From: Sphaeroforma arctica JP610
Taxonomy: Eukaryota
Direction: 5' to 3'
DNA length: 41,704 nt
NCBI RefSeq assembly: GCF_001186125.1
Contig: NW_014040290.1
Span: 25,322 to 67,025, forward strand
Below, one piece after another: positions 25,526-40,208 of the stretch (position 1 is the first letter of the stretch; each line of letters opens with the position of its first letter). Both the position numbers and the translations under genes were made by a program. A model generated the notes under the pieces. The model saw nothing but the letters and a program-made list of their open reading frames with translations. It had not been told where the DNA came from and did no database searches.

Positions 25526-25953
25526 GAAAAGATTATATGTACTCATAAACTGAGTTTTCGTGGTTTTAAAATATATATTTCAAAAAATATAATATATACA
25601 TCCTCAGACCCCTGTGTGGTGTCTTATTTCATTTATAAATATGATTTCCAGGATGTATTTAAAATATCTACAGTCGATCCTAGTAGCGATCTATTCTCAA
25701 TCGTCGAATTTAGGACATCAATAATCTAAAATTTACGACCACTAAAGCAAAGTGCCCTACCTTATTTGGAATACCAAAATAGAAAATATGTAGACGTAAG
25801 GGGTCCCATTTCCACAGACGTATATTGTTTTCTTTCACATAATTGAAAAATAACACTAACACTTGCTAATAGTCACACGCGCACACATTGACATCACACG
25901 ATATAGGTATAGGTATTCCTCATTGACACTAGCCACAGATAGCTTCTTTCACA

Positions 25954-28900
25954 ATGGTATGTATGCTACAACATTCGATTTTCAAACAGCATAATTACTT
26001 TGGAAAATGAGTGTTCAATAGGAGGGCTCTAAACGGAGAGTAGTGTGCGACCTGTGTATTCAATATAGCAGCTGATGTAGTATTGCCGTCACTTTCAGTC
26101 GTCCTGCAGTATTTGAGACCTAGTTGAGAGTCTGGTCTAGTCAGCTTGGAATACAATGATATGTGTTGAGTAGTATCGACTACCACATAAGAAGCATCAA
26201 CTGCCGACGTGTGCATATTGTGTTGATATGTTGTGTATCAGTATTGCCAACTCCTCAATGCTAAGCGGTTGCGTTGGAACAGTATATAACGCATATAATC
26301 GGGTGATATTGAATTAATAATAATACAAGGTCTTTCAAAAGTGCTATCACAAATTGCAGGTGCAACAGTTAACACCGAAACACAATATTGGTATTATAGG
26401 ATAAGATTTCGTCAAGTGAAGATGAGAAACTCTTCGGAGCCGTCTTCTCTGTGTCCGGCCCCGTTGTGGTCGCAGATGGCATGACAGGTGCTGCCATGTA
26501 CGAATTGGTATGTAGTAGTATGTACTAGAAAGTTCTTTTGTATGTTGCGACTTCTCATGTGCATTTGAACTATAATGTTTTCATACATATATCTGTTCGA
26601 AAGATGTGCTTGGATACCCTTACTTTTGGTGCGTGTCCACAACAGAATCTGAGTATATACCCGAGTTTATAAAACATATAATATATTAATATTGACTACT
26701 CTAGGTGCGTGTAGGTCACCAAGAGCTGGTAGGTGAGATCATTCGTCTCGAAGCCGACACAGCTACCATCCAGGTATACGAGGAAACCTCGGGTGTCACT
26801 GTAGGTGATCCCGTATTACGTACCGGAAAGCCCTTGTCATGTGAGCTTGGACCAGGAATCATGGACAATATATACGATGGTATCCAGCGTCCTCTGGAGA
26901 CCATTGCTACCCAAACAGACACCATTTATATCCCTCGTGGTGTAAACACAAATGCCCTAGATCGCGAGAAAATTTGGCACTTTGTACCCTCAGGTACGTA
27001 TTGTAATACATATGACCAGTTGAAAACTCGCACATGTATGCAAAATTTAAATTGGCATATGAATTTATCAAAATATTCACACACCCTCGCATGTATAGTT
27101 ACTTGTACGAACACGAACGATTGATATATATATCTTAATGTATAAACATATCATACATATTATATATATATATATATATATATACGAACGATTGATATAT
27201 ATATATCTTAATGTATATACATATACATACATACAAGTATGTATATATAACAATATATATATATATCTATATATATGTATGGTACATATAATTATATATA
27301 TATGTATATATATATATATACATATATATATGTATGGTATTAATATATCTATCTATACATTTATATATATATGCAAATATATATATATAGATATATGCGT
27401 ATAGGTATAAATAGATATATATATTTAGTTATATAAATAAATATATATTTTTAGTTATATAAATAAATATATATTTTTAGTTATATAAATAAATATATAT
27501 ATTTAGTTATATATATGCATATATTATATTTATATATCTATATATATATGTGTATATATAGTGATATACATAAATGAATATATGCATATATATATACATA
27601 TTCACATACACGCACGCACACATACATATATATATATATGCATATATATATTTGATATACTTATGTATATATACTATTGTATATATGTATTTTATAATTA
27701 ATAATATATATGTAAATATATATATATATATATATACTAATATAACTAAGAATGTATACGGGAATACATACGTGCATACATATATATTAATAGTAGGCAA
27801 ATATTTGTATCTATAATTATTGATTTATGATATACATGTATAAATATCTGTATATCTATATATACATATTTATAAATATGTATATATATCTGTATTTAGA
27901 AATACATATCTATCTATATACATTATACGCACGCACACAAACACACACATGTATATGTATATATATATACAACCACACACACACATATACATGTATATAT
28001 ATATATATGTGTGTGTATATGTGCATGCATAAATATCTGTATATATATTGATATATGCATATATATATATATATTATAAAACAGGATAAATATATATATA
28101 TAGATATGCATGAAACAAAGGATATATATATATATATGAACATATATATTTATATATGAACATATGTAAATATACACACGCGCACACACACACTTATATA
28201 TATACATACATATGTATATTTTTATATATATTTCTATACATATATACATGCTTATATATACATATCATGACGTGTCACACACACAGACACATATATATGT
28301 ATATTTTATACTTATTCGTATTCATAATTATATTTATATGAATGACACTGTATGGATAAGTTGTTAGTGGGGGTATGTTTATATCATTTTGCTTTATATA
28401 CACACATCCAAAGGAATGTTGGGATTCAGGGATGAAACTCGTACTTCTGAATGTTGTTGATGTTTATATGTTCGCTCTGATCCATAGAATACGTCTGTGA
28501 CGCCACACTTTTATCTGCTCTTCACAAAATTAGAATGCATGCATTTGCATGTGAGCATGCTGCTTGTGTTTACGCCAGCCGGGAGCACACGTATCCTACC
28601 TTATCAACAGCTTGTGACGTGATTGCACATCAACCTGTGTACGGAGAAGTACTTAATCGCCTCTAGGTTTGTTTTTGCGCGCGCGTGTAGATCAAGTGAT
28701 TTGACATTGTTCACTACCATTTGATCTTTGCGTATCTACTGTGCCCCGGGTGGCCTATCTCGCACTCGCACAAACTTTTAGCCTCGCCATCATCCTGGTA
28801 ATGAGTGGTTTTATCCATCCCTTGTCATGTATACGAAGCTCTGTCCGAAGCTGCGAATCACTTCCGTTTGTGTCTATAACGTCCTATACATTATCGTTTC

Positions 28901-31900
28901 GAAGGTAATTCAATGACCTACAACGATAACGGCAAAGTTGAGTGTAGAGCAATATATCTGTCCCATTTGTAGCCACACCAGCAACCAATGGGGCTTGTAC
29001 TCCGCCAATAGTGTACCAGATATAACTCCAGTGTCTTGTCGAGGTTGTGCTGTGTATGTATCTGAGTCACGACCCGCTCGAGGAATATATGTCTGACCAC
29101 CAATAGAGACAGACACAAATGACGTACTGTGTAGAGCTCAAGTCCCCACCAACTCGAGCCAACTCAGGCTAATACACACGTGGTATCGTCGCTGCTATAC
29201 AATTCGCACTGGGTTTTGGGTGTGCGTGCGAGGCTCTGCTTAGTTGACCTGCAGTCTCCTCCATTCTGACTATCAACCCCTCACCACCGTACTAAACGTC
29301 ACACCCTTGCGGATCACCCCTTTCTTGGACTACAGGCGTTAAAGCAGGCGATCACGTGACTGGTGGAGATGTCATTGGTACCGTACAGGAGAACACTCTG
29401 GTCCTGCACAAGATCATCGTACCTCCCCGTGCCAAGGGTACCATCTCATTCGTGGCACCTGAGGGTGACTACAATTTGACCGAGACGGTTATGGAGGTCG
29501 ATTTCAACAAGAAGACACACAAGTTCCAGATGTTCCAGGTAAGGGTTGGGCACGGGGATAGGATGATATCAATAGGTGTTGTAGGCGTGGATATGATGAT
29601 ATGGATAGGTTATAGGTTGGTGATATCAATTGGTGTTATAGGCGTGGATAGGTTGATATCAATAGGTGTTATAGACGTGGATATGTTGATATGAATAGAT
29701 GTTATAGGCGTGGGTAGGTTGAAAAGAATAGGTGTTATAGGCGTGGGTAGGTTGATATCAATAGGTGTTGTAGGCGTGGATAGGTTGATATCAATAGGTG
29801 TTGTAGGCGTGGATAGGTTGATATCAATAGGTGTTGTAGGCGTGGATAGGTTGATATCNNNNNNNNNNNNNNNNNNNNNNNNNNNNNNNNNNNNNNNNNN
29901 NNNNNNNNNNNNNNNNNNNNNNNNNNNNNNNNNNNNNNNNNNNNNNNNNNNNNNNNNNNNNNNNNNNNNNNNNNNNNNNNNNNNNNNNNNNNNNNNNNNN
30001 NNNNNNNNNNNNNNNNNNNNNNNNNNNNNNNNNNNNNNNNNNNNNNNNNNNNNNNNNNNNNNNNNNNNNNNNNNNNNNNNNNNNNNNNNNNNNNNNNNNN
30101 NNNNNNNNNNNNNNNNNNNNNNNNNNNNNNNNNNNNNNNNNNNNNNNNNNNNNNNNNNNNNNNNNNNNNNNNNNNNNNNNNNNNNNNNNNNNNNNNNNNN
30201 NNNNNNNNNNNNNNTTGATATGAATAGATGTTATAGGCGTGGTTAGGTTAATAAGAATAGGTGTTGTAGGCGTGGATAGGATGGTATCAATAGGTGTTAT
30301 AGGCGTGGATAGATTGTCAAGAATAGGTGTTATAGGCGTGGATAGGTTGATATCAAGAGGTGTTGTAAGCGTGGATATGTTGATAAGAATAGGTGTTGTA
30401 GGCGTGGATAGGTTGATATCAATAGGTGTTATAGGCGTGGATAGATTGACAAGAATAGGTGTTATAGGCGTGTATATGTTGATATCAATAGGTGTTATAG
30501 GCGTGGATAGGTTGATATCAATAGGTGTTGCGTGGATTGGTTGACAAGAATAGGTGTTATAGGCGTGGATAGGTTGATATCAATAGGTGTTATAGGCGTG
30601 GATATGTTGATATCAATAGATGTTATAGGCGTGGATAGGTTGATAAGAATAGGTGTTATAGGCGTGGATAAGTTGACATCAATAGGTGTTATAGATTGGT
30701 ACGATCCACGAGCGCAGTGCTAGAGAGCTTCATTGTGAACAGCTCTGTATATACATGTCTTCGCTTGTCACACCCAGTGTTGTCTCCTCTCACACACTCT
30801 CACACGCACTTACCCTCTCCTCCTGCCTCTCGCACTGAATAGGTATGGCCCGTACGTTCACCCCGTCCCGTGGTCGACAAGATGACGGCTGACTACCCTC
30901 TGCTGACCGGACAGCGTGTGCTGGACTGTCTGTTCCCCTGTGTGCAGGGTGGTACCACAGCCATCCCCGGTGCTTTCGGGTGCGGAAAGACGGTGATTTC
31001 TCAGGTGAGTGCTGATTTGTGATCACATGTATGATTCTATCTGTACATGGAGGGTGTATATATGATTATACCTGTATATTGAGTGTTTGCTGCGCATGCT
31101 GTGGACAGGTGGAGAGCGCGCACCAGTATGCACTACTGTGATGGGCAATGCAAGCGTTCAAAGGCTATGATAACCGCAAAGCTCAAGGCTATCGATTTCA
31201 ATGGTGTAGTATATAATAGCATGCTCGGCAAGCGACGGCTGTAGTGTGTGTGTGAGAAAACAGGCAGATGCTCATCACACCACGCAACACAACACACTAT
31301 GCATTGATCTGACTGACTCTCTCTTGCTGACTGATACCGTTCACTTGCTGCAGGCCCTGTCCAAGTTCAGTAACTCCGATGTGATCATCTACGTCGGGTG
31401 CGGTGAGCGTGGTAACGAAATGGCTGAGGTGCTGAAGGACTTCCCAGAGCTCACCATGACCTTCAACGGCAAGGAAGAGAGTATCATGAGACGTACCACA
31501 CTCGTAGCCAACACCTCCAACATGCCTGTAGCCGCCCGTGAGGCCTCCATTTACACCGGAATCACCCTGTCCGAGTACTTCCGTGATATGGGTTACAACG
31601 GTGAGTCAGGCACACGCCCTGTGCGAGGGCTGGAGTGTTGGTTGTCGCTGGACTAGAAACACTGTCTGATCTTGTGGTTTTGGTGCCTCATCTCTCAGAG
31701 TATTTGGTAATGTAAGCACACCCCAGTCCTCCTTTAACAACACACCCATCACACCTGTCTTACAATGCGTCTCGCCTCATCCACTCCGTGCTTGCTTATC
31801 CTAACGTACCACTCGTTTCCTCCCCTCCACCAATGACTGCCTATCCCTATCCCTCCAATAGTCGCCATGATGGCTGACAGTACCTCTCGTTGGGCCGAGG

Positions 31901-33542
31901 CTCTGCGTGAGATCTCCGGACGTCTGGCTGAGATGCCTGCTGATTCCGGATATCCGGCCTACCTGTCCTCACGTTTGGCCTCGTTCTACGAGCGTGCTGG
32001 TAAGGTGACCTGCATTGGTAACCCCAAGCGTGAAGGGTCTGTCACGGTCGTTGGAGCCGTGTCACCCCCCGGAGGTGATTTCTCTGATCCCGTAACCGCG
32101 TCCACCCTGTCTATTGTGCAGGTGTTCTGGGGATTGGATAAGAAGCTCGCCCAGGTTAGTACGGAATACACACACGCGCACACACACACACAATATATAT
32201 ATATATATACTTGTTTAATGCATGCGTTGACTTTTGTATGAATTGGTGTTAGGTGTTTGTAGACTTGCAGTCGCATGCAAAAGAGCCATTCCGCTCGTTC
32301 AGGTCCTCTTAACATCTACGAGAGCAACTTGTGTACACTTTCTGACGGATCGATCTGTTACTCAACGAGATACCATGGTGTTATATAAATTATATACTTA
32401 CGAAATAACACATACACCCACGTGCATGAGAAATAACATATACACACGCGTACACATACTTGCAGCGCAAACATTTCCCGTCCGTGAATTGGCTGCTGTC
32501 CTATTCCAAGTACACAAAGGCCCTCGAACCCTTCTACGAGAAGATGGACCCCGAGTTCCTGCGCGTGCGCACCCAGTGTAAAGAGATTCTCCAGGAGGAG
32601 GAAGATCTGGCTGAGATTGTGCAGTTGGTAGGTAAGAACTCGCTTGCCGAGGGCGACAAGATCACCCTGGAGATCGCCAAGCTCATCAAGGACGATTTCT
32701 TGCAGCAGAACGGTTACTCCTCGTACGATCAGTACTGTCCCTTCTACAAGACGTAAGTATCAGGCCGGTCGCGTACAGGCCATATCTAGTTTACAGATCC
32801 ATTCGGTGGGTGAAAGGGTGTTGGTGGTAGAATGGGTTATGGGGCTAGGTGTCTTCACTGCTGCACGGTATTAATGGCTAGTGCATTGCGAGGGGTACCT
32901 GTGCATGCTCCCTTTCACTCGTATTCATTCATTTATACCCATTCATGTCGAGTGTCGATTGGGAATCAACGAACGTTTGATGGTATTTGTTTTGTTTTGA
33001 GTTGACTGTGTTGCGGCGTCGCGACTATGTTCCTATTGCGCACTCATAACTGATTGTTCTGACATCACACCTACCGATCTACCTACATACATACATACGT
33101 GCATACACAACTCATTCACTGCCATTCTCTACAAACCAGCGTGGGTATGTTGAAGAATCTGATGCAGTTCCGTGACTTGGCTCGCCACTCCGTCGAGGCC
33201 AGCGCCAACTCCGAGACAAAGATCACGTGGGCTATCATTAGAGATCAGTGCAGTGACATTCTGAACCGACTTTCATCACAGAAGTTCTTGGTATGTGCAT
33301 GAACCAAGCCGCATTGTGCTTTATCACAGTACAGCCTAGGCTTGCATTGAATCAATGCATATAATGCATGTGTGCTGTCGACTCTTGTCTATCCCGTGTC
33401 TGTGAATGTCTGCGTGTGTTTAATTCACTATCTCGACTTGATCCGAATGCAGGAACCTCATGATGGTGAGGAGAAGAACAAGGAGGTACTCGCCAAGCTA
33501 TCCTCAGACATGGTCACAAAATTCAGAAACCTAGATGATTAG
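25954..33542 (+). CDS. ATP6V1A: V-type H+-ATPase catalytic subunit A; exons 25954-25956, 26400-26507, 26705-26993, 29336-29538, 30843-31004, 31354-31600, 31862-32154, 32466-32752, 33140-33290, 33453-33542 (610 aa)
   Basis: Conserved motifs [14 protein letters not shown], Walker [63 protein letters not shown]. All nine introns are GT-AG and phase-consistent (1833 nt). The ATG-only first exon is the least certain part. Confidence 0.96.
27120..28340. repeat. Degenerate (TA)n/(CA)n low-complexity tract in ATPase intron 3
   Basis: AT-dinucleotide-rich sequence; includes a short tandem of TTTAGTTATATAAATAAATATATAT near 27424-27510. Confidence 0.95.
29550..30700. repeat. 33-bp minisatellite (GATAGGTTGATATCAATAGGTGTTATAGGCGTG) in ATPase intron 4, spanning gap 29859-30214
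   Basis: Regular 33-nt period on both sides of the gap. Confidence 0.95.
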
Positions 33543-33984
33543 GTTTGGTTATTTTAGATACGTAGTAGTTGGAGGGGGGGCGTGGCGAAGGTTGTGTAAG
33601 ATATAAGAGAGCGATAATTCTGATGATGCGTTTAAAGCTGAATTATCACCATTGGCTTATTTATGTGAGCAGTGAGATCGGAACTTCCTTTTACTTGGAA
33701 TGTATCCAACAAATTAAACAGTCAGATTAAAGCACACTGTACATCTTCGGTTAAACGATATGGCAATGGTATTTTTATTTCTATTGCATCTATCGAGGAA
33801 AAGATTTTCTCAAGATTTATTCATTCGTCTGACGTCTGCGTAGTCACCATTGGAAACGATCTTTTGCTGGAACACTCCCCAGTATGAGCTAATACAAATA
33901 AATACTCATAGAAGTCGTCCGCAAAGAATAATGACTCGTCATTCTGGTAATACATTTAAATCGTGTTATCTATTTTCATCATCT

Positions 33985-34399
33985 ACAAATATATACACTA
34001 TATGTATTTATATGTATCTATATATATAGATATATACATATACATACATACATACATACGAATACACACACACACACACNNNNNNNNNNNNNNNNNNNNN
34101 NNNNNNNNNNNNNNNNNNNNNNNNNNNNNNNNNNNNNNNNNNNNNNNNNNNNNNNNNNNNNNNNNNNNNNNNNNNNNNNNNNNNNNNNNNNNNNNNNNNN
34201 NNNNNNNNNNNNNNNNNNNNNNNNNNNNNNNNNNNNNNNNNNNNNNNNNNNNNNNNNNNNNNNNNNNNNNNNNNNNNNNNNNNNNNNNNNNNNNNNNNNN
34301 NNNNNNNNNNNNNNNNNNNNNNNNNNNNNNNNNNNNNNNNNNNNNNNNNNNNNNNNNNNNNNNNNNNNNNNTATATATATATATATATATATATAGACG

Positions 34400-34439
<40 letters not shown>

Positions 34440-34525
34440 TACACAAACACAAACACACACATACACAAACACACTCACACACACACAGAGAGAGAGAGAG
34501 AGATATATATTATATATTATATACA

Positions 34526-34561
<36 letters not shown>

Positions 34562-34572
34562 TATATATGTAC

Positions 34573-34629
<57 letters not shown>

Positions 34630-34630
34630 T
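33985..34630. repeat. TA/CA/TACA microsatellite cluster spanning gap 34080-34371
   Basis: Simple repeats. Confidence 0.95.
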
Positions 34631-35219
34631 ATTTATGTATACTATTTTGAATGCACCTATATACAGCGCATATTCACATATATGCTGCTTATTAATATCC
34701 GTTTCTACTAGCCGAATTGACGGGAATACCATCAAAAGAACTACCTGATCAGGGAAATAGAGTCCGTCGTGAACACATAGAGAACGAGTCACAGAATCTA
34801 GATAGTATGGATAAAGTTCCAGTGACTCCGATGCCCCCGGAAATCAAATACTATCGTAGCTTAGTAAGTCCTACACCCCAACCAGACACATACCCTGAGG
34901 AATCGCAACATGATGAAGAAACTATGTCTATATTACCAGATACCTATGACGACCTCGATGCTGCGGTGATCCCAAAAATCTGGATCCGGGTATTGAGCTC
35001 GACAATACCCAGGATCCTTTCAATCAGAACTCGCAGAACTCACAGATCATAGATATTCAGGATACATATACAATGACAAACACACAAACATTAAATGAAG
35101 TGGTATCAGCAGACTGGACACAGGTACCTGAGAATTGGGGTTTCTTTGAGCTTTATCCAGGAAATATACCACTAGACTGGACGCTGAATGAAAAGTTTAT
35201 TCCACAAGCTATTCAGATA

Positions 35220-35977
35220 AGTTAACAAAGCCGGGCCTCCACATTAGACTCTATGTTATAAACGTACTCTTAATCAGTACGTATACTAAAAAGCGTACTC
35301 TTATTAGTACAAGGAACTTAAGTTTTCTAAATGGTTTTTAATGGTTTTATTAACTAATACCTTTTCCATTTTACATATCAGATATTTGGACAAGGCCATT
35401 GAAAGGCCCAAGTAAAATACCAAACATAAGATTTGGTCTAGTTCTATTAATATAACTATGTTTACTTTCCAACTTTATTTATATCTGAATACTTTGGTAG
35501 CGAGATGGCTCAACCGAATATCAGTTTCTAGGGACTATTAACGTTACCTAGTTGATCCTCCGATCAGCCAACCAGATGTGCCCGTCTGATGAAGGCTAAG
35601 TCGGTAATTCTTGATAAGTGGCAAGTTATTGGTGAAGACAATAACTAAGGACATCAAGAGTATTTTTCTTCTTCTTCTAAAGATGGGATTTTATGAGTCT
35701 CTCAGATTGGCCCCAACGAAAAATACCATAGTTTCTAATAGAGCGACAACGAAACACTAAATATAACCCCTTCGGCGGAAACAGTACTGAGAGGATTATA
35801 TATAGGCAATGTCTCAGACTCACAATTCCTCAGAGTATTGCTGTTCACGAGGCATACCTAACTTTACTAAAAGACTCATTTCGTTTATTTACTTTTAAAT
35901 TTTGATCTACTTAGACTTAACCTAAGCGTTTATTTACTCTAAGGCGTTGATACTGCCTTAATAGACCGAAACGTACA
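35220..35977 (+). mobile_element. LTR copy C, apparent 5' LTR of element 2
   Basis: Colinear with copy A from AAGCCGGGCCTCCACATTAGACTC to GACCGAAACGTACA. The 5' TG is degenerate. A PBS-like site and gag follow. Confidence 0.88.
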
Positions 35978-35985
35978 CATTTTAA

Positions 35986-35997
35986 TGTTAGCAAAGG
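35986..35997 (+). promoter_or_regulatory. Putative degenerate primer-binding site (initiator tRNA-Met)
   Basis: TGTTAGCAAAGG matches 10/12 to TGGTAGCAGAGG, the complement of the animal-type tRNAiMet 3' end, 8 nt after the LTR's terminal CA. Confidence 0.5.
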
Positions 35998-38900
35998 TAT
36001 TAACTACTTCGACTACTTAAACGTAAAGGTAGGTAACTACCACGATTTTTTTCCTAAGCACAGTCATTCCTTAGAAGAATAATACTGAAGTCATAAGTTA
36101 AGATAAAGACAGAGAATACGCCTGCAAAGAAACACAAGGCCGAACGTAACAAGATGGAGAGAGAAGCCGCTAGCACTGCAGCAGTTACCGCTGCCGCAGA
36201 AGCAGTCGCCGCTGCTGCGGATGCGTTTAACCTCACCGTAGCCGAAGCACTTGTCTCCAACAACAATATTCAGGACAATGCCTCGGATAAGGATGTAGCC
36301 ACTCCAATTAAGGAAACTACTCCTGCAGATAGAGCCCGAGGGCCAACTATTGCCTCAACTTCGAAACTTGCATTTACGAAGCCAAGAAGTGAGACAAGGG
36401 ACACGTCTCAAGACGCCCAAATCAATTCTTCTGACAAAACTCAGAATTATAGGGGACAAAGACGAATCTCAGAAACTACCTATACCTGAATCAGAAGAGG
36501 AAACAAGCTCAAGTGGCAATCCCGAATCTACGTCTGAGACCACTCAACCAACGCGCATAGGTAAGTTAACTACTGAAAACAGTTAGCCGCCCTTATGAAA
36601 GGCATGACTGTTGAACATGTAGATACAATGTATGGTTCAGGACAACATGCACAGCACTTACGCGAGCATGTTTCTCCGGGTACTACTGAAACCCGACAGA
36701 AGTGGACATAACGTCGACTGGCAATTAGGCCTGAAAAGTGTAAGCACCTGAGCGCTACACATGTGGCAGTTGAATCATATGTGCGCAGCGTATCTATACC
36801 TTTCGAGGTACTACCACCAGAACTTCAGGCTAATTACTTGCCTGTTCTGACACCCGGCCGTGAGTCACCCGTCCTTGAGAGTATTATAGACCCAGAGGCA
36901 GGTAGAAATACACCGCCACTCTTTTACCCAATTGGGATGACAATCGTCGTAAACCAGTTAAGACTGGGTATGTTATCCAGATGCATGAATCACCTAAGAT
37001 TATAATATCAACCACTATCCGAGGAACAGAGCACCGAAAGGCCTCTTGACCATTGACTTTACAAGGGATAATAGACACTCCCATAAACGTGTTAACGATG
37101 TCGAATTTAATCGCTTCGATCGCACCGCATTACACCAGCCCGCAGAGGATTTCTACTCTGACGAAGTGACCGAACTTAATAAATCGGTCGACGATTACAC
37201 CATTAAAATAAAAATCGCCCATGACGAGCACCGTGCTGATGACGAATCATATTTTGCTAATATGATCGCGATCAAGCAGAAGCGCATCGATCAGCTACTT
37301 CAGGCCCAACGTGGGCAAGACCACCGGGATAACCAGAAGTACAAGGGATAGATCAGTCCACTTAAGTCGAACTGGGATGCCAACAGCAAGCAGGTCGAGT
37401 TTATAAACAACCATGACCTCGACACGCTAACCTGTACGCTTATTGCGTTTACGGTCATGCTGGAGACGAATGATATCGCTCCCCAGCAATGGATTTCTGC
37501 TTTAATGCAGTCGTTTGACCCTACAGGAACAAGTTAACTTGATCCTGCAGCGACACCAGCATGAGCTAGACACTTGTCGAGACTGGCCAGCTGTGTGTTG
37601 ATTGGAAGCAAGGACATGCGCAGTCCAGGACTGAGTTTAATCTTGACTGAACCAGTTGAGAAAACTCCTATTCAGAGTTACATTCTGAAACTTGATGCTG
37701 GCCTTACAAAACTTTCAGATATAACAAAGGACAAGGCGCAGCGATGGTACCAGTTCCTGATTATGCATGTTTTCTGTAGGGATATAGGGAACAACGACCG
37801 TGAAAGTCTGTACACCGAGTTGTGACGTAAATACGCAACTGAGGCTCGAGACAAGGGACATGAAACAAAGTTTCATCTATCCCGACTTACGTGGGAACAG
37901 TTTTATGATACTATATCCACTCTTTTCCCCGCACACCGAGTACCCTCGCAGGGAAAGGCGGTAAATAAAAACCGCGCGAGCTCCCTGATCAAGGATACCT
38001 CTCACGCCAGACGTCAGATGATATACCTCATCAGACGCGTCCTAACCAGACACGTGCTTGCGACTCCACTCAATCAATGCAACCCAATAAACGGGCACGC
38101 GCGGAGCCGAAGGACAAGGAGCCTCCATTTAAGGAGATTAAGAAATGTGCCGACGCACAGTGTGGGCATGACAGGTACCAATTGACCCTTAACGGTTATT
38201 GGGATGGTAGACCTGCACCCACGTGTACACATTTTCTTACTAAGTAAGACAAGTGTGAGAAGACCAATGGCTATTACGCCAAGTCTTGCGGCAAGAAGCC
38301 CGACATTAGGTTAGAGCGAAAGTACTACCAGGTACAATCGTTACAAAGAAAATAGAACGACTCCTTAGATGAGTGTGTAATAATCCCTGTATATTGCGAC
38401 GGAAATAAAGTCCTTGCATTAATTAATCCTGATTCAGAAATTTCATTTATATCCGACCGCTTTGCATTAATGAAAGACATTGAAAGGCAAACTCAAACCA
38501 CTCACCTAATTTTAGCAGATGATAAAACTTCTAAGTGTGATACCATGGCCACAGATGTTAAAATCTCCCTGGCCGATGATAGAAATATCACGACTCAAGC
38601 TGTGATCGTTAAGATGTCACAGAAGTACGACATTATTGTCTGAATGAGCGATTTGCTCGCGTTAGGGATAACCGTAACAGGCTTACCCATCAACATAGGT
38701 CCATTAAAGTATCAGTCATACGATAATTGTCTAAAACCATATACACCACCATCGGACACAGTCAAGATATTAATTCCTGGCTTTGCCAATAAGATAATGG
38801 AACTTATATATTAATAAATAAGAAGATAAAAATAACCGACTGGGCGAAATTCCGCTTCAACGACGGATACGTCAGCCTTGACTTAACCAAGGTAGACTTT

Positions 38901-40208
38901 ACTAGGCACAAATGTCCTTCAAGAAACTATGTTTCTTGGAGACACGAAGTTGTAGATAAAGAATAAGTCGAGAAATAGCTATCCGATGGGGTAATCGAAA
39001 TCAATTACCAACAAACGCCAGTTAACTAAGAACTTTTGGCAGTTGATCAACACAACTCTGACGGAAAATTTAAGAAAGTCGGAGTATGTCTAGATATGAG
39101 CCCAATAAATAGGTTATTACCGACTCATAGTTTTCATCTTCCTCGTATAAACGAGTTACTGAGACGTATAGAAGATGCTACAGTGTTTATATCCATAGAC
39201 CTAACACAAGGGTATCATCAAATGCAAATTTATGAACCCCGTCGTAAGTACTTTAATTTTACCTGGAAAGGTAAACAATATAGGTTTAGAGGTGCACCTT
39301 TCGGGTTGCACTCCTTACCAGCATTCTTCCAACAAGTAAAGGAGGAAATATTTGCAGACATGCCTAACATGCAAGTCTATATAGATGACATAGTCATCTT
39401 TTCTAAGACTAAGGGCGAACATGCCGTATTAGTCAGACGAGTCCTTCAGAGACTCAACGAACAAAACTTCAAGATTAACGAGAAGAAATGTCACTTCGCA
39501 ATGAGCGAAATACAGCTTTTAGGCTATCGTATATCTAGGGAAGGTATTAAAATCGACCCCGGTAAGGTGGAACACCTATTAACACCAACTACAGGAAGAG
39601 ATGTAAACAGCATGTGTGGGTTTGTAAAATTCTTCTCAGATGGAGTACCACACTTAGGTGATTATCATAAATCTTTTCGACACTAAAGATGTCATAAAGG
39701 TAAACTAGGAGACTTGTGGACTAAGGAATGTGATGACGCCTTTAATGCACTCAAGCACGCAGTCCAACAAGCCCCTGTTGTACAAGGACCGGTCGATGGC
39801 GTGCCTTTTGAAATAGCAACGGACGCATCAGACTTAGCACTCGGAGGTGTACTATACCATGTTATAGATAATACACCTTGGTATATACAATTCTTTAGCC
39901 GAGTAATGAATGCATCACAGTTGAATTATCCAACTGTGAAACAAGAGCTACTAGCCATAGTAGCAGCTTTAACACACTTCCACGATTACTTATACGGAAC
40001 AGCTTTTACGCTATTGTGTGATTAGAAGTCCCTTCAATATATGAAGGAGATGAAGCCAGGCTCTCAAATACTGAGCCGATGGCATGATACAATATCAAAG
40101 CTTCATTTTGATATCAAACATCTACCAGGGATACAAAACCATTTACCGGATATGTTATCACGCTTCGTACCGGACTTTAGTAATTCCGTACGTGAGTTAC
40201 TAGCTACT

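Noticed and set aside
27138..28341. Tyr/Ile-rich ORFs
   Set aside because: Translations of an intronic TA microsatellite.
31380..31420. VMA1 intein insertion site ([11 protein letters not shown])
   Set aside because: The motif is contiguous, so no intein is present.
35101..35112. TGGTATCAGCAG resembling a plant-type tRNA-Met PBS
   Set aside because: It lies upstream of the LTR inside a coding-like stretch, the wrong position for a PBS.
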